50,812 bases of DNA, taken from positions 1 to 50,812 of IMG/VR virus record IMGVR_UViG_3300020460_000022; one strand, given 5' to 3'. Positions 1 to 8,917 of the stretch are shown piece after piece. Made by a program: the position numbers and the translations under genes. Source of the stretch: a virus. Lineage: Duplodnaviria > Caudoviricetes. The notes under the pieces are model-generated. The model was not told the DNA's origin. It was given only the letters and a program-made list of their open reading frames with translations, and did no database searches. Each line of letters starts with the position of its first letter. Position 1 is the stretch's first letter.

Positions 1-1
1 A

Positions 2-694
2 GAGGTAAGCGCACTTGCCTACCATGATGGTACAAGAGCTATGAGAGAGCTCAATAAGATCGGATTTAAAAACTACAAGTTCTTAGAAAATGATGGTGCA
101 CAGTGCCATATATTCTCTGATGAAGAAAATATAGTGGTAGCTTTTAGAGGAACTGAGCCGAGTGAAATGTCTGATGTCAAGGCAGATCTTTTAGCTTTCA
201 AAAGAAAATCTAAGACTGAAGGTAAAGTTCACATGGGTTTCAAGATGGAGCTTAGAAAGCTCTGGTCTGATATCGAAGCATTACTACATAGAAATAAACA
301 GAAACAGTTATGGATTACTGGTCATTCACTAGGTGGAGCTATGGCAACGCTATGCGCATCAAGGTTAGAAGAAAAAAATCCTAAGTTATACACATACGGA
401 TCACCGAGAGTTGGAGGAAAAGAATTCTGTCAAGGAATGGACGTGCCTCATTGGAGATTCGTAAATAACAATGACGTCGTCACAAAGGTGCCTTTCTGGT
501 TCATGGGTTATCATCATCATGGAACAGAATGGTATATCAATCATTACGGTAACTTTAGATCAAAAACATTTTGGCAAAGGTTGAAGGATAGTTGGAGAGG
601 AAGATGGAAAGCTCTAACTAAGAGAAAATTATTTGATGGAATGTACGATCATAGTATCACTGAATATTCAGAAAAACTAAAAAAATTAATTTAA
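2..694 (+). CDS. Class 3 lipase / alpha-beta hydrolase (5'-truncated by the window edge)
   Basis: VAFRGTE oxyanion motif, ITGHSLGGAMA nucleophile elbow, TYGSPRVG, RFVNNNDVVTKVP and C-terminal DH. The frame is open from position 2 (EVSALAYHDG...) upstream of the listed ATG at 41, so the true start probably lies outside the window. Confidence 0.85.
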   Translation, partial: EVSALAYHDGTRAMRELNKIGFKNYKFLENDGAQCHIFSDEENIVVAFRGTEPSEMSDVKADLLAFKRKSKTEGKVHMGFKMELRKLWSDIEALLHRNKQKQLWITGHSLGGAMATLCASRLEEKNPKLYTYGSPRVGGKEFCQGMDVPHWRFVNNNDVVTKVPFWFMGYHHHGTEWYINHYGNFRSKTFWQRLKDSWRGRWKALTKRKLFDGMYDHSITEYSEKLKKLI

Positions 695-700
695 ATTGTT

Positions 701-730
701 GTTTACTTTGCCAGTTCTTTAATATATAAT
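701..730 (+). promoter_or_regulatory. T4-early-type sigma70 promoter for nrdJ
   Basis: GTTTACT, 17-nt spacer, TATAAT in the intergenic gap. Confidence 0.7.
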
Positions 731-774
731 AGAACTAGCTAATCATCAATTAAAATCCAAAGAAAGAGAAAAAT

Positions 775-2994
775 ATGCAAACAAGAAACTTTGTTGACAC
801 GCGTTCTTTTCTGTCCGAAACCAAGTTCTACGATGGATACTCCAGATACATAGAAGATCAGAGTAGATATGAGACATGGGATGAGGCAGTTTCACGTGTC
901 ATTAATATGCACCGAAATTACTACAACAAAAACGGCGAATTAGAAAAATATTTAGAAGAAGCTCAAACTGCTTACAGTGAGCAGAGAGTCTTAGCAGCTC
1001 AAAGGTCTTTACAGTTTGGTGGAGAACAGTTATTAAAACATCAAATGAGAATGTATAACTGTACATCTTCATATGCGGACAGACCATCTTTCTTTGGAGA
1101 GTTCTTCTATATTTTATTATGTGGTGCAGGTGCTGGTTTCTCTGTTCAAACTCATCATATCGATAAACTTCCAAACATCAAGTTAAGAAATAAACAGGCA
1201 AAAGGATATGTAGTTGAAGATTCAATTGAAGGTTGGTCATCAGCTCTCGACGTTTTATTATCATCTTATTTTGTTGGTGGTGGAAAATATCCAGAGTTTG
1301 AAGGAAGAAGAATATTCTTCGACTTATCACAAATACGTCCGGCAGGTTCTCTAATATCTGGTGGATTCAAGGCACCGGGACCAGACGGTTTAAGAAGATG
1401 CTTGGACAGAGTGGAATACCTTATTCAAGGAATAGTACTGGCCGCTAATGCAAAAGAAACGCGTCTTAATCCAATACATGTCTATGATATCTGTATGCAT
1501 GCTTCTGATGCAGTATTATCAGGCGGTGTAAGAAGATCAGCTACAATATGTTTATTTTCACCGGATGATGAACAAATGATGAATGCTAAAACAGGAAATT
1601 GGTTTATTGATAATCCTCAAAGAGGAAGATCTAATAATTCAGCAGTTATAGTTAGAGATGAAGTAACTAAAGAACAGTTTAGTAAAATCATGGAATCAGT
1701 AAAGCAGTTCGGTGAGCCAGGCTTTTATTTCGTTGATTCAAAAGAACATACAACAAATCCTTGTGTTGAGATTGGCATGTTTCCTCAGAAAGATGGAGAA
1801 TCAGGGTGGCAAGGATGCAACTTAACTGAGATTAATGGAGGTAAGTGTACTACAGAAGAAAACTTCTATAAGGCATGTAGAGCTGCAGCAATACTCGGTA
1901 CCTTACAAGCCGGGTACACTGATTTTAAATTTATACAGCCAATATCAAAAGAGATATTTGATAGAGAGGCATTACTAGGAGTATCGATAACTGGGTGGAT
2001 GAATAATCCTGATATCTTATTTGATGATAAGATCTTGAGAAAAGGAGCTAAAATTGTTAAAGAAGTTAATAAGGAAGTTGCAGCTATCATTGGCATTAAT
2101 CCAGCAGCCAGAACTACTTGTGTCAAACCTTCGGGTAACGCATCGGTTCTATTGCAGACAGCTTCTGGTATCCATGCTGAACACAGTAAGATGTATATTA
2201 GAAATGTTCAGATGACAAAAGAATCAGAAATATCTCAAGCATTATTAAAGAGCAATCCATACATGGTGGAAGATTCGGTCTGGTCTGCAGGTGGCACTGA
2301 CTATGTTATCAGTTTTCCAATACTGCCAAAGAAAGGTTCTATTTACAAAGATGACTTACTAGGAGTAAAACACTTGGAGTTAGTTAAGAAGGCTCAACAA
2401 AACTGGGTAGTAGCAGGAACTAATGAAGACCTATGTGCAGATGAAGGCCTAAGACACAACGTTTCAAATACTATCATTGTCGATGATTGGTCAGAGGTAG
2501 AAAATTACGTTTTTAAAAATAGAAATTATTTTGCAGGTATTTCTTTCTTACCGATGACAGGTGACAAGGACTACAACCAAGCTCCTAACACTGCAGTTAT
2601 AGATGATAAGCAGATGGTTAAAGAATATGGAACAGCTGCAATATTTGCGAGTGGAATGGTAGTAGATGCATTAAAGGCATTTGATAACTTATGGAATGCT
2701 TGTTCTACAGCTCAAGGTATGGGAGAAGACTTATCGATTGAGAGTTCAGAAAATGCATTAAAGCGAGACTGGATAAGAAGATTCAAGTCATTCAGTGAAA
2801 ACTATATGAACGGTGATATTAAGAAAACTGAATACTGTCTAAAAGACGCATACCTTCTTCATAAGTGGCATAAGATACAAAGTAACATCAAAGAAATAGA
2901 ATGGAATAATGATATAACTGAAAGGAAGTTTATTGATGTGGACACAACCGGTGCAGCTGCCTGTGCTAGTGGTGAATGCGAAATAGATTTCTAA
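775..2994 (+). CDS. nrdJ: Class II (adenosylcobalamin-dependent) ribonucleotide reductase
   Basis: YETWDEAVSRV, MYNCT, SGGVRRSATI, catalytic TNPCVEI, GCNLTEIN, TCVKPSGNAS and C-terminal redox pair CASGEC; no adjacent beta subunit. Confidence 0.9.
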   Translation: MQTRNFVDTRSFLSETKFYDGYSRYIEDQSRYETWDEAVSRVINMHRNYYNKNGELEKYLEEAQTAYSEQRVLAAQRSLQFGGEQLLKHQMRMYNCTSSYADRPSFFGEFFYILLCGAGAGFSVQTHHIDKLPNIKLRNKQAKGYVVEDSIEGWSSALDVLLSSYFVGGGKYPEFEGRRIFFDLSQIRPAGSLISGGFKAPGPDGLRRCLDRVEYLIQGIVLAANAKETRLNPIHVYDICMHASDAVLSGGVRRSATICLFSPDDEQMMNAKTGNWFIDNPQRGRSNNSAVIVRDEVTKEQFSKIMESVKQFGEPGFYFVDSKEHTTNPCVEIGMFPQKDGESGWQGCNLTEINGGKCTTEENFYKACRAAAILGTLQAGYTDFKFIQPISKEIFDREALLGVSITGWMNNPDILFDDKILRKGAKIVKEVNKEVAAIIGINPAARTTCVKPSGNASVLLQTASGIHAEHSKMYIRNVQMTKESEISQALLKSNPYMVEDSVWSAGGTDYVISFPILPKKGSIYKDDLLGVKHLELVKKAQQNWVVAGTNEDLCADEGLRHNVSNTIIVDDWSEVENYVFKNRNYFAGISFLPMTGDKDYNQAPNTAVIDDKQMVKEYGTAAIFASGMVVDALKAFDNLWNACSTAQGMGEDLSIESSENALKRDWIRRFKSFSENYMNGDIKKTEYCLKDAYLLHKWHKIQSNIKEIEWNNDITERKFIDVDTTGAAACASGECEIDF

Positions 2995-2995
2995 A

Positions 2996-3148
2996 ATGAA
3001 GCATAAAGAATATCTGATCGAGTGTCCGAGCTGTGAACAGGATACTCGAATAATATCAATTGAAGAGCCATCATTCTGTCCTATATGCATGCAAAACGCT
3101 GCACCTATAGTCGTGTATGAAGAGGAAGATGAAGATGATGATATATAA
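2996..3148 (+). CDS. Small zinc-ribbon protein (50 aa), not in ORF track
   Basis: Manual translation MKHKEYLIECPSCEQDTRIISIEEPSFCPICMQNAAPIVVYEEEDEDDDI; two CxxC pairs; fills the gap between nrdJ and the next gene. Confidence 0.75.
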   Translation: MKHKEYLIECPSCEQDTRIISIEEPSFCPICMQNAAPIVVYEEEDEDDDI

Positions 3149-3151
3149 TAT

Positions 3152-3586
3152 ATGTGGTATTATAATGGAGAACAGTTCAAACTAGAAAACTATCCTAATG
3201 ATAGTTTAGTTGGATTCGTCTATGAGATTACTGAAAAAGATACAGGTAAAAAATACATAGGAAAAAAGCTCTTTTGGTCTACTAGGAAGAAGAAAGTCAA
3301 AGGTAGGACAAGAAGAGTCGTATCTGAATCAGACTGGAAGGACTACTATGGTTCTAATAAAAAAATCCAAGAATTAGTTGAACAGAAAGGATTTAAGGCT
3401 TTTGATAGAGAAATATTGAGGCTTTGTAAATCAAAAGGAGAGTGTTCATATTGGGAAGCTAAATTGCAGTTTGATAATAATGTGCTTCTTTCTGATGAAT
3501 ACTATAATGGAATTATCAACTGTAAAATCAATTCAAGACACTTGAGCAAGGAGAGCATATTATGGCATACCCAAAAAGAGAATTAG
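3152..3586 (+). CDS. denA: GIY-YIG endonuclease, T4 endonuclease II (DenA)-like
   Basis: GFVYEIT...KKYIGKK, SDWKDYYGS, REIL, YYNGII motifs of the EndoII-like family. Confidence 0.7.
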   Translation: MWYYNGEQFKLENYPNDSLVGFVYEITEKDTGKKYIGKKLFWSTRKKKVKGRTRRVVSESDWKDYYGSNKKIQELVEQKGFKAFDREILRLCKSKGECSYWEAKLQFDNNVLLSDEYYNGIINCKINSRHLSKESILWHTQKEN

Positions 3587-4005
3587 AGGTATACGAAATA
3601 CTAGAAATAGTAAGAAAGAAAAGATCTAAAGAAGAAAAGATAAAAACACTTCAAGAACACGGAGAATCATGGGCACTTAAGGATATACTTAGAGGATCTT
3701 ATGACACTCATATTACTTGGAACCTTCCTTCAGGAGAACCTCCGTATAGGCCGGCACAAGAACACAACCATCCTACAACTTTAAAGAAAGAAAACAGAAA
3801 CTTCAGTTATTTCGTAAAAGGTAGGCATGGAGATAAGTTACCGGCATTCAAGAGAGAAAACATCTTCATAGGTATTCTAGAAAGTGTACATCCACTAGAT
3901 GCTAAGTTAGTTATTAGTATGATTAATAAAGAAAAGATAGAAGGTGTTACAAGAAATGTTGTAGAAGAAGCATTTCCCGGACTTTTAAAAGATTCTAAAA
4001 AATAA
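3562..4005 (+). CDS. Conserved hypothetical protein of T4-like phages
   Basis: WNLPSGEPPY, KRENIFIGILESVHP and EEAFPGLL motifs I recognise from marine T4-like phages; RBS GGAG. Confidence 0.6.
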   Translation: MAYPKRELEVYEILEIVRKKRSKEEKIKTLQEHGESWALKDILRGSYDTHITWNLPSGEPPYRPAQEHNHPTTLKKENRNFSYFVKGRHGDKLPAFKRENIFIGILESVHPLDAKLVISMINKEKIEGVTRNVVEEAFPGLLKDSKK

Positions 4006-4008
4006 ACT

Positions 4009-4038
4009 GTTTACATTGCTTTTAAAATGTGGTAGAAT
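4009..4038 (+). promoter_or_regulatory. T4-early-type promoter
   Basis: GTTTACA, 17-nt spacer ending TGTGG, TAGAAT. Confidence 0.75.
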
Positions 4039-4043
4039 AAACT

Positions 4044-4247
4044 ATGACTATTTACAATGATTCTAAAGAGTTAAAGGCTGCAACTGGTGCTGATCTTATG
4101 TTGAGGTCCGCTTTTAAATATGAAATAGAAACTATAGAAGCTAAAATGGAAAACAACACATTCTATCATCCTAGTCCAGAAACTATAATTGATTATTTAA
4201 AACTTAGAATTAAAGAAATAAGTGAGATGAAAAATGCCAACTTATAA
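4044..4247 (+). CDS. Hypothetical protein
   Basis: 67-aa ORF immediately after the promoter (possibly leaderless); overlaps the next gene. Confidence 0.5.
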   Translation: MTIYNDSKELKAATGADLMLRSAFKYEIETIEAKMENNTFYHPSPETIIDYLKLRIKEISEMKNANL

Positions 4248-4464
4248 TGTTAAAAATACAAAGACAGAAGAAGTTATAGAAGTACACTGTACATATAATG
4301 AGTTAGAAGCTATGTGCAATACGGGAGAATGGGAAAAGATGTTATCTACTCCTGCTTTTGTAACCCAAGTAAATGGAACATTATCACGAACATCTAATAA
4401 TTTTAGAGATAGATTAAAGGAAATCAAAAAAACTAGTGGGGAAGGAAATACTATAAAGGTTTGA
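4234..4464 (+). CDS. Conserved small protein (MPTY-type, FmdB-like)
   Basis: MPTYNVKNTKTEE N-terminus and FRDRLKEIKK, typical of the gene preceding the exonuclease in marine T4-like phages. Confidence 0.6.
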   Translation: MPTYNVKNTKTEEVIEVHCTYNELEAMCNTGEWEKMLSTPAFVTQVNGTLSRTSNNFRDRLKEIKKTSGEGNTIKV

Positions 4465-5138
4465 TTATGGAGTTTATACATGAAAAAATTGATCTTGGCT
4501 ATGAAACATTGGATAGAGCTGAACATTCAGACGGTAGGCGCTATCTTACTCTTGACGGTGTTGCTTATCCTAGCGTTACAACCGTACTTAGTATCTTAGG
4601 CGAAGAAAAGATAGCAGCCTGGAAAGCCAAGGTAGGTGAGGAAAAGGCTGAACAAATAGGAAGAGTTGCTAGAGAACGAGGCACCGCAGTCCATTCGATA
4701 GTAGAAAAATACCTAAAGAATGAAGATACAGAAGACTTCCTTCCTCACATTAAACAATCATTAGAAAATCTCAAACCTCTATTTCATAGAGGATTTGGTA
4801 ATATATACGGCAATGAAGTTCCACTATATAGTGATCACCTAAAACTTGCAGGTACCTGTGATTGTATCGCCGAATGGCATGGAGTTCCATCAGTTATTGA
4901 TTTTAAAACTTCACGCAGGCCAAAGAAGAAAGCAGATATTCCTAACTACTTCTGTCAGCTAGCTGCATATTCTGTCATGTGGGAAGAGCGTACTGGAATG
5001 CCGGTCACGAATCTAATAGTTATTATGGACGTCGATAACTTCCATCCCGTAACATATAAAGAACACAGGGATAACTGGATTCCTATGCTGAAAGATACAA
5101 TTAAAGAGTACGAACATAGAAAAATGTACAGACCGTAA
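4461..5138 (+). CDS. PD-(D/E)XK (Cas4/RecB-like) exonuclease
   Basis: YPSVTTVL, RGTAVH, E..LYSDHLKLAGTCDCIA, IDFKTS, QLAAY. Confidence 0.85.
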   Translation: MIMEFIHEKIDLGYETLDRAEHSDGRRYLTLDGVAYPSVTTVLSILGEEKIAAWKAKVGEEKAEQIGRVARERGTAVHSIVEKYLKNEDTEDFLPHIKQSLENLKPLFHRGFGNIYGNEVPLYSDHLKLAGTCDCIAEWHGVPSVIDFKTSRRPKKKADIPNYFCQLAAYSVMWEERTGMPVTNLIVIMDVDNFHPVTYKEHRDNWIPMLKDTIKEYEHRKMYRP

Positions 5139-5260
5139 CTGTAACAAAAATATCACAGTAAACATGTTTTTTTCGTTTGAGAGTAAATTTTATATGTACA
5201 ATGATACCAACTTGTGGTACAATGAATATATAAGGTAATTAATTTTAAGGAGTAGAAAAC
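5138..5260 (+). promoter_or_regulatory. Promoter cassette copy 1 (palindrome + promoter + conserved leader/RBS)
   Basis: ACTGTAACAAAAATATCACAGT (5138-5159); TGTACA 5195-5200, 17 nt, TACAAT 5218-5223; leader AATATATAAGGTAATTAATTTTAAGGAGTAGAAAAC. Confidence 0.75.
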
Positions 5261-5503
5261 ATGACAAATAAAATTAAATTTTTCGAAGCTAACAACGGTG
5301 GAATTGAATTATTCTCAGCACCTGGTGTTAAAATCGGTTTTGCAAAAACTGCTAAAGAAGTTACAAAGCTATTGTCAAAATTCGGTTATGTAGACGGTAC
5401 AGCAAATTTTGGTTCTTCAATGGACTTTGCTGATGAATATGGTTTTGCAAAGAGAGAAGGAGCTTACGACATGTTAGTTGAAGGTTTCTTAAACTGGAGG
5501 TAA
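5261..5503 (+). CDS. Hypothetical protein (first gene after cassette)
   Basis: Strong RBS AAGGAG; 80 aa. Confidence 0.7.
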   Translation: MTNKIKFFEANNGGIELFSAPGVKIGFAKTAKEVTKLLSKFGYVDGTANFGSSMDFADEYGFAKREGAYDMLVEGFLNWR

Positions 5504-5504
5504 T

Positions 5505-6107
5505 ATGATAGATCCTAAAATAATTCTTATTGATACAGACGGTGTCCTTCTAAATTGGAGAGATACCTTCGATGCTTGGATGATGAGGCAAGGAATATAT
5601 GCCAAAGGTGATGTTAGGCAGTATGATCAAACTGTAAGATATGGAATTGATCAAGAAAAGGTTACTCACCTAATTCAAATGTTCAACCAATCTGCAAACA
5701 TTGGTTACCTTCCTCCACTATATGATTCTTATAAATATGTTCGAAAGCTGTTTGAAGAACATGGTTATAAATTCCTAGTAGTTTCATCTTTATCAAAAGA
5801 TCCTTATGCTCAAAAATTAAGAACTAAGAATCTTCAAATGATATTCGGTGAAGAAGTGTTTGAAGATTTCATATACTTAGATACTGGAGCTGATAAGACT
5901 GAAGTTCTTAAAGAACTTGCTAAAGTATATCCAAGAACGTACTGGATTGAAGATAAAGTAGGAAATGCTAAGATTGGTAATGAACTAGGATTCGATTCAA
6001 TATTAGTAGCACATCCTCATATTAAAACTGAGGATACAGGATCAATTCCAATTATGAAGAATTGGAAAGAAGTTTACGAATACATAATAGGGGAGACATG
6101 GATATGA
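5505..6107 (+). CDS. HAD-superfamily phosphatase (T4 30.2 / 5'-nucleotidase-like)
   Basis: LIDTDGVLLNW motif I, WIEDK motif IV, NWKEV C-terminus. Confidence 0.8.
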   Translation: MIDPKIILIDTDGVLLNWRDTFDAWMMRQGIYAKGDVRQYDQTVRYGIDQEKVTHLIQMFNQSANIGYLPPLYDSYKYVRKLFEEHGYKFLVVSSLSKDPYAQKLRTKNLQMIFGEEVFEDFIYLDTGADKTEVLKELAKVYPRTYWIEDKVGNAKIGNELGFDSILVAHPHIKTEDTGSIPIMKNWKEVYEYIIGETWI

Positions 6108-6589
6108 GATTAAAGCCTTACTTTCATTTTTTTGAAATAAGTTTAAACTTTTTTAAAAACCACCAAACTATCAGTGCAATTGTTTTAGCTTCTATAATGT
6201 TCTTCGGAACATTTTTCTTTTTTAGCGCTTCTGCATTTGCTCAATCGGTTTCTGTTACAGGTGATGTACAACATCATTACAAGATTGTAATAGATAGACA
6301 ACCATACCGCGTTGAGATTTGCCAGAAAGGAAACAGTTCTGGAGCATCGGCAGGTGATTTACTGTCAGGCGCCATCATAGGTGGAGCAATCGGTAATAAT
6401 ATTAAAGGTGAAGAAAACGGTGGAGCTATAGGTGCTCTATTAGGAACACTGTTTGCTAATGAAAAAGCAAAACAAGATAAGTGTTTTGTAGAAACAAGAT
6501 ATAATGAAACTCGTAAAGAGGTATATGATTATAGCACATTTACTTTTAACTACCAGGGAAAAACCTACACTACAAAATTTATAAGATAA
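6104..6589 (+). CDS. Glycine-zipper 2TM domain membrane/secreted protein
   Basis: N-terminal hydrophobic signal ending AFA; GAIIGGAIGNNI...GGAIGALLG. Start moved to the ATG at 6104 (ATGA overlap, GGGGAG RBS). Confidence 0.7.
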   Translation: MRLKPYFHFFEISLNFFKNHQTISAIVLASIMFFGTFFFFSASAFAQSVSVTGDVQHHYKIVIDRQPYRVEICQKGNSSGASAGDLLSGAIIGGAIGNNIKGEENGGAIGALLGTLFANEKAKQDKCFVETRYNETRKEVYDYSTFTFNYQGKTYTTKFIR

Positions 6590-6837
6590 TGTTTAAGATA
6601 TTTACTAAAGATAATTGCAGTTGGTGTACGAAAGCAAAAGAAATTTTAAAAGAAAATAATATTGAGTACAAAGAACACAATATTGATGAAGATTATACCA
6701 GTAAAATGGTATTAAAGGCTTTAAGGCTAAAGACAGTTCCACAGATATGGAATGATGATTTACACCTTGGAGGTTATCGACAACTTGAAAGCTGGATAGG
6801 AGAAAATTATGACAGCAACTACATTGATGAAAATTGA
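6589..6837 (+). CDS. Glutaredoxin (NrdC/NrdH-like)
   Basis: CSWC active site, TVPQIW and GGY motifs. Confidence 0.85.
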   Translation: MFKIFTKDNCSWCTKAKEILKENNIEYKEHNIDEDYTSKMVLKALRLKTVPQIWNDDLHLGGYRQLESWIGENYDSNYIDEN

Positions 6838-7006
6838 TTATATAACCGTATTACAAGAAGAAATCAGAATATTAGAATCTCGATTCCAACCTGAAGATAC
6901 CGGCCATCTTAGGACAACTGTCAGCGTTCTAAGAGAAAGAGTGGAAGAGCTCAAGGTTGATCTTAGACAGTTAGAAGATATTGCAAATAGAGGAGATTTA
7001 GTATGA
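6809..7006 (+). CDS. Hypothetical protein
   Basis: 65 aa, DTGHLRTTVSVL; RBS AGGAG. Confidence 0.6.
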   Translation: MTATTLMKIDYITVLQEEIRILESRFQPEDTGHLRTTVSVLRERVEELKVDLRQLEDIANRGDLV

Positions 7007-7245
7007 TGTCAGTAGCTACTTACCTAACGTTAAGATCAGAGTACGAGGACATTGTGTATGATTTTAAACTTCCAGAAGATGTTAAGACCGGACTGAAAGA
7101 AAGTTTCGAATGGTTTTATAAATACGGGTATAGATCTAACTCTTTACGAAATAACTTTCATAGAGCTAAAGATATTTGTAAAATACTTTTAGGAGAACTT
7201 GATGGCAAAGAAACTACAGAAAGGAAGCATGTGGGAACAGGCTGA
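7003..7245 (+). CDS. Hypothetical protein
   Basis: 80 aa, coupled by ATGA overlap. Confidence 0.6.
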   Translation: MMSVATYLTLRSEYEDIVYDFKLPEDVKTGLKESFEWFYKYGYRSNSLRNNFHRAKDICKILLGELDGKETTERKHVGTG

Positions 7246-7531
7246 TGCCGATGGAGATGGTGTAGTTACCGACGAAGAAATTGCTATGACAGAGAGAATG
7301 ATAAGGCTTGAAAATAATGATAAAATGCAAGACCAACAGAGATTGATATGTTGGGTTTCTTCAATATCTTCAATAGCACTAATACTTGTTGCTATGTCAC
7401 CTATAATACCAGATGCAAGAATAGAAATGGTTACAGCATTATTATCAACATATGTTGTAGCTAACTTAGGTATTGTCGCAACATTCATGGCTACTTCAGC
7501 ATTTGCAAGGAACAGTGACAACAAAAAATAA
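7199..7531 (+). CDS. Two-TM membrane protein with an EF-hand-like loop (holin-like topology)
   Basis: DADGDGVVTDEE loop followed by two hydrophobic helices and a basic C-terminus. Confidence 0.55.
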   Translation: MMAKKLQKGSMWEQADADGDGVVTDEEIAMTERMIRLENNDKMQDQQRLICWVSSISSIALILVAMSPIIPDARIEMVTALLSTYVVANLGIVATFMATSAFARNSDNKK

Positions 7532-7553
7532 TTAGTACCTTATTATCAGTGAA

Positions 7554-8321
7554 ATGAAAAATTTATTATTACAATATTATATCCCATACGAATCTTTCGA
7601 TAAAGATATGGGTGGGATTAAAATGCCGGCATGGGCAGAGGCAGGTTCCAGATCTGCTCAAGCTTACGCAAAATTATGTGGAGCAGACTACCTGCTCTTA
7701 CATGATAGATATTTTACTCACCTAGATCCAAGATTAGATTCCACCCGAATATATTACGACAAACAATTCGAGAAGTATGATAAGATCCTAACTCTAGATC
7801 TTGACATGCTAATATCTACTCGTGAGAACATATTTAAAATACCGATCGGCGATGTAGCTATGGTTCATGAACTCGGAGTACACACTGGTCAACCAGCCGG
7901 ATGGTTGCGTAGAGTCATGGATGTTCCTCTGGAAAAAAGAGGAGTTAGAGCTTACGGTAAGCATCTTTTCGGTGTAGGATGGGAGTTTCCTAAGTCTAAA
8001 TTATATCCTAAAGAAAGATTTAGATATATGAATGGTGGATTGCAGCTATGGTCACATGATGGTAGACTTAAAGCACGTAAGCACTTTACATCCATAGATG
8101 ATTATGTTCTCCATACAAGATATACAGAACAGATGTATATTAACCTACAATTATCTACTGGTTTATTTGATGTTACAGAACTAGATACATACTGGAACAG
8201 AATGCCTTACCAATGGACTAACAATAAACCAGACGGAAAGATAAACCATTTCCTAGCAAGATTAAAATTTCAAATGCCTGAATTAGAACATACGGAGTTG
8301 AGTATATGGCAACCTATTTAG
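7554..8321 (+). CDS. Putative GT-A glycosyltransferase (paralog 1)
   Basis: YDKILTLDLDM (DxD), MNGGLQLW, EQMYIN, WNRM, INHFL. Confidence 0.65.
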   Translation: MKNLLLQYYIPYESFDKDMGGIKMPAWAEAGSRSAQAYAKLCGADYLLLHDRYFTHLDPRLDSTRIYYDKQFEKYDKILTLDLDMLISTRENIFKIPIGDVAMVHELGVHTGQPAGWLRRVMDVPLEKRGVRAYGKHLFGVGWEFPKSKLYPKERFRYMNGGLQLWSHDGRLKARKHFTSIDDYVLHTRYTEQMYINLQLSTGLFDVTELDTYWNRMPYQWTNNKPDGKINHFLARLKFQMPELEHTELSIWQPI

Positions 8322-8917
8322 AAATAGCAGCAGAAAAACCAAGAGGGTTCAACTGGACAGTAATGAATTTAGCAGAACATTCTGGAGTGAACAGAGGAGA
8401 TGCTACTAACTTACCACTACCATATTCGAATGAAGATTTTAACGGAATATATTCTGAACATTTCATAGAACATTTATACAAATACCAAGCTATCAATTTC
8501 TTTAAAGAGTGTTTTAGAGTTTTAAAGCCGGGAGGAGTAATTCGTACAGTTTGGCCTCCCTATGAATTTGTAGAAAGATTGGTAAGTGATGAAGAATTAA
8601 ATGATCAAGAAAAAGCTTTCGTTGAACATTATTATAATTTCTATATTGTAAGAGAAAAATTTTTACCGCCAAATAATTCACATAGATCTAAGAGAGAACA
8701 ATGTGCATTAGGTTTATTACATCAAAAAGGTCAGCACTTATATCTTTGGTCCAAGTCTGAAATGAAAGATATGTTAGAGTCTCTAGGATATAGGAATGTT
8801 AGAGATCTAGATTATCAGGATAGTGGAATACCTGATTTTAAGAATATCGATACTCCTGGACAAATCCGAGCATTACATTCTGCAGTAGTGGAGGCAAGTA
8901 AACCGTGGTCACTATAG
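8306..8917 (+). CDS. Class I SAM-dependent methyltransferase
   Basis: GDATNLPLPY, IYSEHFIEHL, ECFRVLKPGGVIR. Confidence 0.75.
   Translation: MATYLEIAAEKPRGFNWTVMNLAEHSGVNRGDATNLPLPYSNEDFNGIYSEHFIEHLYKYQAINFFKECFRVLKPGGVIRTVWPPYEFVERLVSDEELNDQEKAFVEHYYNFYIVREKFLPPNNSHRSKREQCALGLLHQKGQHLYLWSKSEMKDMLESLGYRNVRDLDYQDSGIPDFKNIDTPGQIRALHSAVVEASKPWSL

Noticed and set aside
3152-3586. GIY-YIG gene as a mobile homing endonuclease or intron
   Set aside because: It is short, has no C-terminal DNA-binding domain, and the neighbouring nrdJ is uninterrupted; it fits EndoII better
4461-5138. Cas4-like nuclease as evidence of a CRISPR system
   Set aside because: Stand-alone exonucleases of this type are common in T4-like phages; no array or other cas genes are present
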